NCBI GenBank assembly: GCA_964343075.1
Contig: CAYFGT010000001.1
Span: 95,795-159,794 of the forward strand
Direction: 5' to 3'
Source of the DNA: an uncultured Dehalococcoidia bacterium
Lineage (GTDB): Bacteria; Chloroflexota; Dehalococcoidia; Lucifugimonadales; UBA3495
DNA length: 64,000 bases
Positions 8,663-18,209 of the stretch are shown piece by piece; within the stretch, counting starts at the first letter, position 1; each line of letters begins with the position of its first letter. The notes beneath the pieces were generated by a model. The model was not told where the DNA came from. It searched no databases and saw only the letters and a program-made list of their open reading frames with translations. A program made the position numbers and the translations under genes.

Positions 8663-9907
8663 CTATAGGATTCTTTTCAAAATTTGAATATTTTCCCCAT
8701 CTTTAACGACGTGCTTGATATGATCCCTATTACGTAAGATGGATATATCGTCCAGAGGATTCCCGTCGACAATTACCATATCTGCTACTTTCCCGACCTC
8801 GATAGATCCAACGCAATCGTCGATTTCAAGGCATTCAGCCGCTGTGATAGTGCCTGCTTTAAGAGCTTCCAATGGAGTCATTCCGTTCTCAACTAACAAT
8901 TCAAGTTCATGCGCATTATCTCCATGTATAAATCCTCCAGCATCTGTTCCTGCGACTATTTTGACCCCCTCTTTCATTGCTATCTCGAAACTCCGGCGGT
9001 GTTGATCAATGAGTTGTTGTGCGCGAACTTGGACATGGGGAGCACTGTGGGTTTTATGGTAGTCGTAGACAGTAAATGTTGGAACAAAAAAAACGTTTTT
9101 CTCGGCCATAATTTTAAGAAGATCTGGATCTTCTTCTAAATGGCACCCATGTTCTACTGAGTGTACTCCTTCTTCTATACATACTCTCAATCCAGGGCCA
9201 CCTAGTGCATGGCACATAACTTTTTTATTTAACCGTGCACTTTCATCAATGATCAGGCGTACTTCTGATCGAGTAAAAGATGTGTCTCTGGGGCCAAGTC
9301 CTTTGCGAGAACTAGCACCCCCTGTTGTAGCGATTTTGATCACGTCAGCTCCACACCTGACCAATTCACGCAATTTATGTATTATTTCATCCGGTCCATC
9401 AACAACTGCATTAGGAAGCATTGGATTATTGATTAACATATTAGTGTGGCCAGATCCACTCACTCTATCGCCTATTCCTCCTGTCTGAGACATTATACTT
9501 ATCGCTAAGACTAAACGAGGCCCATTACATAGACCCTCTTCTATGGCAATTTTATAACCTGCATCTAAACCACCTGCATCTCGAATAGTTGTATAACCTG
9601 ATTGCAATGTATCTTCTAGTACTTTGAATATTCGTATCGAGTTAGTTGATGCTGGTTCATCTAGGTGCCATCTGCTCATCAGCTCATAATTCTTAGAAGC
9701 TAAATGATCATGGCAATCGATTAATCCAGGGAGCACCGTCAAACCAGTGACATCATAAACTTCTTCCATACTGCTGATCACCGCGTCACTAATATTGCTG
9801 TGAGATGTTATTTGGGTTATAGATGGACCATCTACAATTATAGTCTGGTTCTTCAAGATCGAGCCTGTGTTGAAATCTATAATGTTCGCTCCGATGAATG
9901 CTTTCAT
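8663..9907 (-). CDS. metal-dependent amidohydrolase (COG1228-type)
   Basis: PGLIDCHDH metal-binding start, internal HALG, C-terminal AGTDAG and VADMVIVDGNPL, as in the amidohydrolase superfamily. Confidence 0.8.
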   Translation of the reverse strand: MKAFIGANIIDFNTGSILKNQTIIVDGPSITQITSHSNISDAVISSMEEVYDVTGLTVLPGLIDCHDHLASKNYELMSRWHLDEPASTNSIRIFKVLEDTLQSGYTTIRDAGGLDAGYKIAIEEGLCNGPRLVLAISIMSQTGGIGDRVSGSGHTNMLINNPMLPNAVVDGPDEIIHKLRELVRCGADVIKIATTGGASSRKGLGPRDTSFTRSEVRLIIDESARLNKKVMCHALGGPGLRVCIEEGVHSVEHGCHLEEDPDLLKIMAEKNVFFVPTFTVYDYHKTHSAPHVQVRAQQLIDQHRRSFEIAMKEGVKIVAGTDAGGFIHGDNAHELELLVENGMTPLEALKAGTITAAECLEIDDCVGSIEVGKVADMVIVDGNPLDDISILRNRDHIKHVVKDGENIQILKRIL

Positions 9908-9998
9908 AATAGTGACCTCTGTTTTCTAGAATATTAAGTCTGGAATTAGATAAATTGTGATTCTGGATCAACTATAACGTTATTATGCCAAAAATACA

Positions 9999-10025
9999 TT
10001 GTCAAACTCATTATTTTGCTACAAT
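9999..10025 (+). promoter_or_regulatory. candidate promoter (extended -10) for the 10081 gene
   Basis: TTGTCA (9999-10004), short 15-nt spacer, TGcTACAAT (10017-10025). Confidence 0.35.
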
Positions 10026-10053
10026 GGTACCGCAATAACATATATAGGAATAC

Positions 10054-10069
10054 GGTTATAGTTATAACC
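10054..10069. promoter_or_regulatory. inverted repeat GGTTATA-GT-TATAACC, candidate operator
   Basis: 7-bp perfect arms with a 2-nt spacer, between the candidate promoter and the SD of the NAD-salvage-like gene. Confidence 0.3.
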
Positions 10070-10080
10070 TAGGATTTGGA

Positions 10081-11220
10081 ATGGAACCGTACATAGAGAA
10101 AATTGTAAATGAAATCCATAGTTCTAAACTTAAGATTTGTTTAGTAGTGGCTGGAGCAGGAAATCAGGCGGTTTCTTGGCTGTTAAATGTGCCTGGTGCG
10201 TCCAATACTATATTAGATATATCTATACCATATTCTGAGAATGCTATGTCAGAAATATTAGATGGGTTACCGGAGAGTATCGTTTCGCAAACTGCTGCTT
10301 GTTCGATGGCGGTACGAAGCTTTATCAATGCAAAAAGATATTGTGAGACTGAAACTGAGGTATTAGGTATTAGTTGCACAGCCACGATAGCTACCAATCG
10401 AGAAAAACGAGGAGATCATAGGGTGGTAATCGGTGTTTGTTCTCAGAACAAACTTAGGACTTACAGTTTAATACTTACTAAAGGCGCTAGAAACAGGGAG
10501 CAAGAAGATCTGGTAGTGAGTACGCTACTACTTCATGTTATAGCACAATATTCAGGTACTGAATTTGATTTAGATAACATGCTTATGAATGAAGAAATAG
10601 TAGAACTTCATGATATATCTGCATTTCAGTGCTTGAACATGGTTAGAGACGGAGATATACCATTTGTTCTTTTGGGTCCTGACCAAACTATGAACTTCTC
10701 GTTGCCGCCTATAGAATCAAGTGTGATTTTCCCAGGTTCATTCAATCCACTACATGCCGGACATAAAGCGTTAAAAAAAGTCATGGGAAATGAATTTGGC
10801 CTGTCAACAGTGTATGAAACGTCGATAGTTAATGTAGATAAACCTCCTTTAGCGATAGATGACATCATGAGTAAAGTTTCCCAATTTGAGTTCTCAGAAA
10901 AATTATTAATAACTAATCAAGCAACCTTTGTAGGTAAAGCTAAACATCTGAAAAAATATAGGTTCTTAGTAGGTTGGGATACGGCCAAACGTATAATAGA
11001 CCCCAAATATTATTCTGATGAGCGTGACATGCTGAAAAAATTAGGGACAATGTTGGGAAATGGTAACCGGTTTTATGTCGCCGGGCGATTGGATGACGGA
11101 GTGTTCAAAGGGATACAAGATTTAGATCTCCCTGAAGGATTATCTGATTTGTTTGTTGGTATTCCTGAAGAATTATTCCGTGCTGATATATCATCGACTG
11201 AAATAAGACAAAACGAATGA
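10081..11220 (+). CDS. two-domain protein: CinA/PncC-like N-terminal domain fused to a NadD-like nucleotidyltransferase
   Basis: The C-terminal half has GSFNPLHAGH (HxGH motif) and a terminal ISSTEIR (NadD-type SxTxxR). The N-terminal half (VAGAGNQAVSWLLNVPGASNTILDISIPYSENA ... GISCTATIATN) follows the pattern of the CinA C-terminal/PncC domain. Confidence 0.6.
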   Translation: MEPYIEKIVNEIHSSKLKICLVVAGAGNQAVSWLLNVPGASNTILDISIPYSENAMSEILDGLPESIVSQTAACSMAVRSFINAKRYCETETEVLGISCTATIATNREKRGDHRVVIGVCSQNKLRTYSLILTKGARNREQEDLVVSTLLLHVIAQYSGTEFDLDNMLMNEEIVELHDISAFQCLNMVRDGDIPFVLLGPDQTMNFSLPPIESSVIFPGSFNPLHAGHKALKKVMGNEFGLSTVYETSIVNVDKPPLAIDDIMSKVSQFEFSEKLLITNQATFVGKAKHLKKYRFLVGWDTAKRIIDPKYYSDERDMLKKLGTMLGNGNRFYVAGRLDDGVFKGIQDLDLPEGLSDLFVGIPEELFRADISSTEIRQNE

Positions 11221-11347
11221 TATGTTTTCTTATGTGGGTTTATTTGATTGACTGTAAAATCTGAGGAATGATATTCTACAATAGATACAAAATCATATCA
11301 CTTTTAAACTGACGGTTTGTGTTCATTAATCTGAAAAGGATCGATAA

Positions 11348-11728
11348 ATGGAAGTATTTGTTAACGATTGGCTAGCCGTATCTCTATCAGTGTTAGTGGG
11401 AGCGGGAGCTATTATGGGGTTATTTATAGCTTCTTTTATTTTTAGCGCCAAACGCAAATCGGAGATTAAACTTACTACTTATGAATGCGGGATTCCAAGC
11501 GAAGGATTTACCTGGGCAAATATAAATTTCAGGTTTTATATTTTTGGCATCTTGTTTTTGATTTTTGATGTAGAGGCGGTTTTTCTTTTCCCGTGGGCTC
11601 TTATCTTCTTAGAGCAAAATAGCTTAGGGAACCCTATCCCATTTTACGCGATGATGATATTTTTGGTGATCTTGTTCTTTGCAATCTTATATGGATGGAA
11701 AAAAGGAGTGTTCGAGTGGCAGAAGTGA
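11348..11728 (+). CDS. nuoA: NADH-quinone oxidoreductase subunit A
   Basis: 126 aa, three TM segments, YECG and FDVE motifs; first gene of the nuo cluster. Confidence 0.9.
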   Translation: MEVFVNDWLAVSLSVLVGAGAIMGLFIASFIFSAKRKSEIKLTTYECGIPSEGFTWANINFRFYIFGILFLIFDVEAVFLFPWALIFLEQNSLGNPIPFYAMMIFLVILFFAILYGWKKGVFEWQK

Positions 11729-12246
11729 ATTCTACAACGGGAAATTTGCCCGGAAAGAGCAGGTTTGACCAAGTATTGGGCCCCAAAGTGCCGGGAGTCA
11801 TAACAACCAGCAAAGAACAATTATTTGGCATGGCTAGGAAATCTTCATTATGGACACTAAGTTTTGGGCTTGCTTGTTGCGCTATAGAAATGATGTCAAC
11901 ATATATGTCTCATTATGATTTAGATAGGTTTGGTGTTGTAACATGGCCATCCCCGAGACAATCGGATGTGATGATTGTAGCAGGGACCGTAGTAAAGAAA
12001 ATGGAAGAACCTATCAGATTATTATATGAGCAAATGCCTGATCCTAAATGGGTAATCGCTATGGGCAGTTGTGCGACTAACGGCGGCCCATATTATAAAT
12101 CTTATTCTGTTGTTATGGGAGTCGATCACATAATTCCAGTGGATATATACGTACCTGGCTGCCCGCCAAGACCAGAAGCTTTGCTATATGGCATCGTAAA
12201 GTTACAAGAAAAAATCATGCAGGATTCTAAAAGCAATGGTAGATAA
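11716..12246 (+). CDS. nuoB: NADH-quinone oxidoreductase subunit B
   Basis: [21 protein letters not shown] and PGCPPRPE (cluster N2 cysteines). Start set at GTG 11716, 7 nt after AGGAG (11704-11708). The ORF-track ATG 11695 remains possible. Confidence 0.9.
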   Translation: MAEVNSTTGNLPGKSRFDQVLGPKVPGVITTSKEQLFGMARKSSLWTLSFGLACCAIEMMSTYMSHYDLDRFGVVTWPSPRQSDVMIVAGTVVKKMEEPIRLLYEQMPDPKWVIAMGSCATNGGPYYKSYSVVMGVDHIIPVDIYVPGCPPRPEALLYGIVKLQEKIMQDSKSNGR

Positions 12247-12736
12247 GCCAGACTGTAAATCAGACAATGCGGAGTTACATCCGTCATTAATAAGATTGCA
12301 AGGGGTTCTAAGCGACAAATTTGGAGACGCGGGATTCTCTGTAGTGATGACCGACAACATCCCCTCGGTCGAGATCACGAAAGAAATGGTGCATGATCTG
12401 TGTGTGTTTTTTAAAGAAGATCCTTTTTATGACTCTAAAATGCTATCTTGCATGGCCGGCGTGGATTACGTGGATTACTGTCAAATTTTATATATGCTTT
12501 ATTCGGTAGAAAATAATTGTACTGTAGGAATTAAATGTAATATCGATTATGAATCCCCAATGCCTAGTGTGTCGGATCTATGGAAAGCGGCTGATTGGTA
12601 TGAAAGAGAGATCCATGATCTTTATGGTATTGAATTTGAGGGTAACGAAGATATGTCTCCCCTATTACTTTATGACGGATTTGAAGGATATCCCGGGAAG
12701 AAAGATTTCCCATTTTATGACTATCAGGAATATTAA
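12236..12736 (+). CDS. nuoC: NADH-quinone oxidoreductase subunit C
   Basis: 30-kDa subunit motif [17 protein letters not shown]. The start overlaps the nuoB stop. Confidence 0.9.
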   Translation: MVDKPDCKSDNAELHPSLIRLQGVLSDKFGDAGFSVVMTDNIPSVEITKEMVHDLCVFFKEDPFYDSKMLSCMAGVDYVDYCQILYMLYSVENNCTVGIKCNIDYESPMPSVSDLWKAADWYEREIHDLYGIEFEGNEDMSPLLLYDGFEGYPGKKDFPFYDYQEY

Positions 12737-12742
12737 CGAACA

Positions 12743-13858
12743 ATGATGCGACAATCTGGCAATCAAACAGTGGATATGATGCTTAATATGGGTCCTCAAC
12801 ATCCATCTACACACGGTGTCTTTCGTATGGAACTGCAGGTTGATGGGGAAAAAATTATTGATGTAAAGCCGCATATAGGATATTTACACCGAGGTTCTGA
12901 AAAATTGAGCGAAGGAGAACAATATCATCAAGTTGTTACCTTGTTTGACAGAATGGATTATCTGGCAAATTTTAACAATGAACTTGTATATTGCATGGCC
13001 GTTGAAAGACTTTTGGGTCTCGAACTCTCGAAGAGAACAGAATATATTCGAGTAATCTTGTGTGAATTAAATCGTATTGCTAGCCATTTATTGTATGTAG
13101 GTACCATAGGGCTAGATGCTGGTGCCATGACGCCAGCATTGTTTTCGTTTATTGGTAGGGACAGGATCCAAACTTTGTTTGAAAGTATTTCTGGTGCCCG
13201 TATGATGCATAATTATTTTAAGATAGGGGGCTTAAAGCAAGAGGTTCCTAATAATTTTATCCAAATGGTCAGAGATATACTCCCTGATATCAGGAAAGAC
13301 GTGGATCAAGCAGAAAAATTGCTGACATTCAACGAAATATTCCTGAGTCGTACAAAAGATATTGGGCTTATAACGGCTGAACAAGCGATAGATTATGGAT
13401 TGACCGGTCCATGTTTACGTGGGTCAGGCGTAAGGTACGACGTTAGGAAATCTGAGCCATATTCTGTGTACCAAGACTTTGAATTTGATATTCCTATAGG
13501 TTTAGACGGGGATTGCTGGGATAGACATTGGGTGCGAGTTAAGGAAATGGATGAATCACTAAAGATTGTGGAGCAAGCCATAAATAATTTGCCCGAAGGC
13601 GACATTGAATCCCCTTTAGGTAGACGTTTAATACGCCCTCCGGAAGGAGAAGTGTACGTAAAAACAGAAAATCCTAGAGGAGAAATAGGGGTTTATTTAG
13701 TAAGTGACGGAACAGATAAACCGTATAGACTTAAAGTGAGGCCTCCATCATTTTGCAACCTTTCAGCTATTCAACCTCTACTCAAAGATTCATGGATTGC
13801 TGATTCTGTAGTGATATTGGGATCATTGGATATTGTGCTGGGAGAAGTTGATAGATGA
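12743..13858 (+). CDS. nuoD: NADH-quinone oxidoreductase subunit D
   Basis: 49-kDa subunit: LNMGPQHPSTHGVFR, YLHRGSEKL, C-terminal LGEVDR. Confidence 0.95.
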   Translation: MMRQSGNQTVDMMLNMGPQHPSTHGVFRMELQVDGEKIIDVKPHIGYLHRGSEKLSEGEQYHQVVTLFDRMDYLANFNNELVYCMAVERLLGLELSKRTEYIRVILCELNRIASHLLYVGTIGLDAGAMTPALFSFIGRDRIQTLFESISGARMMHNYFKIGGLKQEVPNNFIQMVRDILPDIRKDVDQAEKLLTFNEIFLSRTKDIGLITAEQAIDYGLTGPCLRGSGVRYDVRKSEPYSVYQDFEFDIPIGLDGDCWDRHWVRVKEMDESLKIVEQAINNLPEGDIESPLGRRLIRPPEGEVYVKTENPRGEIGVYLVSDGTDKPYRLKVRPPSFCNLSAIQPLLKDSWIADSVVILGSLDIVLGEVDR

Positions 13859-14952
13859 TTGGTGGAATAAACACACTGATAAGTCTATTGTTGTTATTCT
13901 CATTTTTGGCAATTGTGGTACTGTCGTTGGTATGGTTAGAAAGGAAGGCATTAGGTAGGTTGCAACTTCGGCTAGGACCCACTCGGACCGGCCCATTTGG
14001 ATTGCTTCAGCCAATCGCTGATGCTATAAAGCTTGTACTGAAAGAAGATATAGTGCCAAATTCTTCCGAACGGGTGATTTTCTGGGTAGCTCCGATCGTA
14101 GTAGTGATTTCAGCATTCATGCTCTGGGTAACTATCCCTTTTACGCCTGATATTGTGGTAGAAAATTTAGAAGAAATGGGCTTATTTTACATCGGAGCTG
14201 TGGGAGTTATAGGAATTTTAGGACTGGTATTGGCTGGTTGGGGTTCGGCAAACAAATATGGAGTAATTGGGGGATTGAGAGCTGCGGCGCAACTAATCAG
14301 TTATGAGATCCCACTGATTATGGTATTGGTCTCTGTAGCTATAATTACCCAAACGTTTAATCTTGTTGAAATTGTTGCTCTGCAGACACCTGTGCCATTT
14401 GTCTTGGTATTGCCCTTAGGTTTTGTGTTGTTTTTTGTTGCTGGTTTAGCAGAAGTAGGAAGAACTCCTTTTGATATATATTTTGCAGAATCAGAAATTG
14501 TTGGAGGTCCGTTTGTTGAGTACAGTGGTGCCCACTGGGCTGTATTTTTCTTGTCTGAATATATCAACACATTCGCTATAGCAACTTTGACTGTCTTATT
14601 GTTTTTAGGAGGGTGGGCAGGTCCATTTTTGCCTCCGGTTGTGTGGCTGTTAGTGAAGATATATGCTGTTATCTTATTAATTTTCTGGATACGAGGAACG
14701 TTGCCTAGATTAAGGATAGATCAATTAATGGGATTTGCATGGAAAGTTATGGTTCCTCTGTCATTTTATCTAGTAGTATGTTCTTCCATGTTCACGTTTT
14801 ATAATTTACCTTGGTGGTCATCCACAATCATGTCTTTGTTTGGGTTAGGAGTCGTAGGCTTTATAATTTATAGATATATAACAGCGCCCGCCCGTAAAGT
14901 AGCTGAAGTAAGGGAACGTTTACGCTCCTTGCAAAATTCACAAGAGGTATAG
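13855..14952 (+). CDS. nuoH: NADH-quinone oxidoreductase subunit H
   Basis: ND1-like polytopic protein (GLLQPIADAIKL, AESEIVGG, VEYSG). ATGA overlap with nuoD. Confidence 0.95.
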   Translation: MIGGINTLISLLLLFSFLAIVVLSLVWLERKALGRLQLRLGPTRTGPFGLLQPIADAIKLVLKEDIVPNSSERVIFWVAPIVVVISAFMLWVTIPFTPDIVVENLEEMGLFYIGAVGVIGILGLVLAGWGSANKYGVIGGLRAAAQLISYEIPLIMVLVSVAIITQTFNLVEIVALQTPVPFVLVLPLGFVLFFVAGLAEVGRTPFDIYFAESEIVGGPFVEYSGAHWAVFFLSEYINTFAIATLTVLLFLGGWAGPFLPPVVWLLVKIYAVILLIFWIRGTLPRLRIDQLMGFAWKVMVPLSFYLVVCSSMFTFYNLPWWSSTIMSLFGLGVVGFIIYRYITAPARKVAEVRERLRSLQNSQEV

Positions 14953-14953
14953 G

Positions 14954-15430
14954 ATGTTAAGTACAGTAAGAGGAATGATTCAGACCTTGTCATCGACTTT
15001 TCGTGGGTTACGAAGTCCTGTGACTAAATTGTACCCAGAGAATCCCACTGTGCTTCAAGACAGATTTATGGGATTTCCCGGTTTGACATGGGACAGTGAA
15101 ATGGACGAGCCCTTCTGCACTGGTTGTATGGTATGTATAAGGAATTGTCCAACTCAATGCATGACAGCCACTATGAAAGATAATCCCAAATTTGCAGATG
15201 AAACTAGTAAGAGACGCAAGATTGTTGATGAGTTTGAAATTAATCTCAATCGATGCATATTGTGCGGTATTTGTGTTGACGTTTGTAATTTTGATGCAAT
15301 TGTTATGACACACGAGCATGAAGAAAGTGGGTTGCAACGAGATGGCAGCAGAATGAACTTAAGTGGTTTGTTACAGATTGGTAGCAATTATCAGTCTGCT
15401 ACAAACTGGAAACCAGCATCAAAGGAATAG
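14954..15430 (+). CDS. nuoI: NADH-quinone oxidoreductase subunit I
   Basis: Two 4Fe-4S ferredoxin motifs: CTGCMVCIRNCP and CILCGICVDVCN. Confidence 0.9.
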   Translation: MLSTVRGMIQTLSSTFRGLRSPVTKLYPENPTVLQDRFMGFPGLTWDSEMDEPFCTGCMVCIRNCPTQCMTATMKDNPKFADETSKRRKIVDEFEINLNRCILCGICVDVCNFDAIVMTHEHEESGLQRDGSRMNLSGLLQIGSNYQSATNWKPASKE

Positions 15431-15440
15431 TTTACTTAGT

Positions 15441-15938
15441 ATGCATTTGATCATTTTCACAATAATTTCAGTAGTACTTACTGTATGTGCTCTTGGAGTA
15501 GTTACTTCTAGGAATATAGTCCACTCTGCTCTCTTCCTGTTATTTGCGCTAATTAGTGTGGCTGGGATATATCTTGTTCTACTAACTGAATTTTTGGCTA
15601 TTGTTCAGTTACTGATATACGGTGGAGCGATAGTGATAGTGATCCTATTTGCATTGATGCTCACACGCAATGAAGAATACCCAAAAATTCAGAATAACAA
15701 ATTGTGGCCTGTGTCAGGTATATTGTCAGTCTTGGTTCTTGTTACTTTGTTAACTGCATACATGAGGTCTGATGCTATTCGAGAAGCTTCTACATCAATT
15801 ACCCCAGCGGGAGTCAAAATTTTGGGAGCTTCTTTGTTCACAACTTGGGCTATACCATTTGAAATTGCATCTTTGGTATTACTTGTCGCTTTGATCGGAG
15901 CTATTGTGATTGCTCGATCAGATAAGGATGGTAACTAG
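15441..15938 (+). CDS. nuoJ: NADH-quinone oxidoreductase subunit J
   Basis: ND6-like hydrophobic protein. Start moved to in-frame ATG 15441, because the ORF-track start 15363 would overlap nuoI by 68 nt. Confidence 0.85.
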   Translation: MHLIIFTIISVVLTVCALGVVTSRNIVHSALFLLFALISVAGIYLVLLTEFLAIVQLLIYGGAIVIVILFALMLTRNEEYPKIQNNKLWPVSGILSVLVLVTLLTAYMRSDAIREASTSITPAGVKILGASLFTTWAIPFEIASLVLLVALIGAIVIARSDKDGN

Positions 15939-16259
15939 ATGTTAGAGTTAATTCATGTCAACATATTGAGTTTAGTCTTATTTTCTGTTGGTCTGTACGG
16001 AGTGCTGGCCAGGAAAAGCGCTATTTTGATTATTATGGCCATAGAACTGATGTTGAATGCAGTAAACATCAATTTTATAGCCGCAGCAGCATTTAACCAT
16101 GGAGGAGGATTATTTACCGAATTTGATGGGCACATATTAACCATATTCATTATTACTATAGCAGCTGCTGAAGTTGGATTAGCTTTAGCTTTGATTTTAC
16201 GGATATTTAGAAATAAATCTACAGTTAACGTTGATCAGTTTGACATTATGAAGTTGTAA
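15939..16259 (+). CDS. nuoK: NADH-quinone oxidoreductase subunit K
   Basis: 106 aa, three TM segments, ND4L-like (MAIELMLNAVN, AAAEVGLALA). The ATG directly follows the nuoJ stop. Confidence 0.9.
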   Translation: MLELIHVNILSLVLFSVGLYGVLARKSAILIIMAIELMLNAVNINFIAAAAFNHGGGLFTEFDGHILTIFIITIAAAEVGLALALILRIFRNKSTVNVDQFDIMKL

Positions 16260-16292
16260 ATTAGGATTTTAAGATATTATGGATTACGTAAC

Positions 16293-18209
16293 ATGCAATA
16301 TTTCTGGTTAATTCCTGTAATCAGCTTCATAGCATTCATTATTACAAGCTTAGCGGGCAGTAAAATGCCCAAACAGTCTTGGATATTTCCTGTTGTCGCC
16401 ATCCTAGCGGGTTTACTGATTTATTTCTTAGGGTTAACTGAATATTTGCAGTCTCGATTTGATTTGAGCCATTGTGTGAGAGAAACCGTAACTGGAATGG
16501 TGTCCTGTAATTACAGTGTGGAATGGTTCTCTGTAGGTGCCTACGCAGGTGATTCTGTTAATTCATTCATAGGATTTACGGTAGATCCACTTAGCTTGTC
16601 GGTTGCAGGATTAGCGATAGTAGTGGCGCTAATGGTACAAGTGTACTCAATCGGTTATATGAAAGATGATCCTCGATTCTCTTGGTATTACTCAGTTCAA
16701 GCCTTGTTTATTTCCTCAATGATTTTACTGGCACTATCAGATAATTTCCTTCTACTGTACGTGGCATGGGAATTGGTAGGACTATGTTCCTATTTGTTGG
16801 TAGGTTTTTGGTATGAAAAACCAGAGGCTAAAGAAGCTGCGAAGAAAGCATTTACTGTTACGAGATTGGGTGATGTGGGTCTGTTGATAGGAATATTATT
16901 GATTTGGTTTGAAGTGGGATCGTTTAACATGAGCGATTTATTTTCTCATATTCAAACAGGTGAATTGACATCCTGGATGATATTCTCAATTAGTGGTCTT
17001 CTGTTTCTAGGAGCCATGGGTAAATCTGCCCAATTCCCGTTTCATGTGTGGTTGCCAGATGCAATGGAAGGCCCTACTCCTGTAAGTGCTCTGATCCACG
17101 CTGCCACCATGGTGGCGGCCGGGGTTTATTTAGTAGCAAGAGCATATCCGTTATTTGTTGAGTCTGACTTAATTATGCTCATAGTATCCATAGTTGGATT
17201 GATCACAGCTATAGGTGCAGCGTTAATTTGTTGTGTATCTATTGATTTAAAGAGAGCTTTGGCTTATTCAACAATCAGTCACTTAGGATTAATGATGTTG
17301 AGCTTAGGTGCCTTTGGGTACACAGCTGCGATATTACATTTGCTGGCCCATGGTTTTAGTAAAGCATTGTTGTTTTTAGGCTCCGGTAATATTATGCATT
17401 CCATCGATGACTTGAACATACACAAAATGGGAGGGCTTAAATCGGTTTTACCAGCGACTACCATATTGTTCTGCATAGGAGCTCTTTCGCTAGCGGGAAT
17501 TCCATTGCTTTCTGGATTTTGGAGCAAAGATGAAGTGATTGTTTCTATAGTTCATAATAGGAGTTTGTTGTTCGCGGTATTATCTATGATTTTGGTGTTC
17601 TTAAGTGGATTCTACATGGTCAGATTGATTATTCTGCCATTCTTTGGATCTCCTAACAGAGATTACAGCCATGCGCATAAACTTCCACTCGTTATGCTAC
17701 TACCGATGGGAGTTTTGGCAATTTTTGTTGTTTTGTTTGGATGGATTGCGATGTATATGCCAGGCGCGCCTAGTAGCTTCGGAACTTTTTTATATTACTC
17801 TCACCCGAAAAACTTTCATCTTGAACCTGATATAGCAACATTGACGCTAATTATTACTTTGATTGCTTTTGTCCTAGGATACTTGATTTATGTGAAAAAA
17901 CTGAGTATTTTCCCCAAGTTGAAAGCAAGAGCGCAGAAAATAATAGGAATCGTAGAAAATAAGTATTATTTCGATGAGTTATACCAGTTGTTGGTGGATA
18001 AACTCGTTTTGCCCATAGCTTTTTTGATAGGTTTAATTGATAGAGTATTAGTTAATGATATTGGAGTGAATGGTCCTGGTTACGTGACTCGCTATTTAGG
18101 AGCGTTTATCAGACACCACATAACAGGACAAATTTATGTATACATGGGACTGATGACCGTGGGTGCCATAATACTCGGAATGTTGTGGATCTGGATGGCA
18201 CTAATATGA
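16293..18209 (+). CDS. nuoL: NADH-quinone oxidoreductase subunit L
   Basis: 638 aa ND5/antiporter-like (WELVGLCSYLLVGFW, KSAQFPFHVWLPDAMEGPTPVSALIHAATMV). Confidence 0.95.
   Translation: MQYFWLIPVISFIAFIITSLAGSKMPKQSWIFPVVAILAGLLIYFLGLTEYLQSRFDLSHCVRETVTGMVSCNYSVEWFSVGAYAGDSVNSFIGFTVDPLSLSVAGLAIVVALMVQVYSIGYMKDDPRFSWYYSVQALFISSMILLALSDNFLLLYVAWELVGLCSYLLVGFWYEKPEAKEAAKKAFTVTRLGDVGLLIGILLIWFEVGSFNMSDLFSHIQTGELTSWMIFSISGLLFLGAMGKSAQFPFHVWLPDAMEGPTPVSALIHAATMVAAGVYLVARAYPLFVESDLIMLIVSIVGLITAIGAALICCVSIDLKRALAYSTISHLGLMMLSLGAFGYTAAILHLLAHGFSKALLFLGSGNIMHSIDDLNIHKMGGLKSVLPATTILFCIGALSLAGIPLLSGFWSKDEVIVSIVHNRSLLFAVLSMILVFLSGFYMVRLIILPFFGSPNRDYSHAHKLPLVMLLPMGVLAIFVVLFGWIAMYMPGAPSSFGTFLYYSHPKNFHLEPDIATLTLIITLIAFVLGYLIYVKKLSIFPKLKARAQKIIGIVENKYYFDELYQLLVDKLVLPIAFLIGLIDRVLVNDIGVNGPGYVTRYLGAFIRHHITGQIYVYMGLMTVGAIILGMLWIWMALI

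Noticed and set aside
15363-15440. 5' extension of nuoJ overlapping nuoI by 68 nt.
   Set aside because: In-frame ATG 15441 starts directly at the first TM helix, 10 nt after the nuoI stop. The extension is hydrophilic and atypical for ND6-like proteins.
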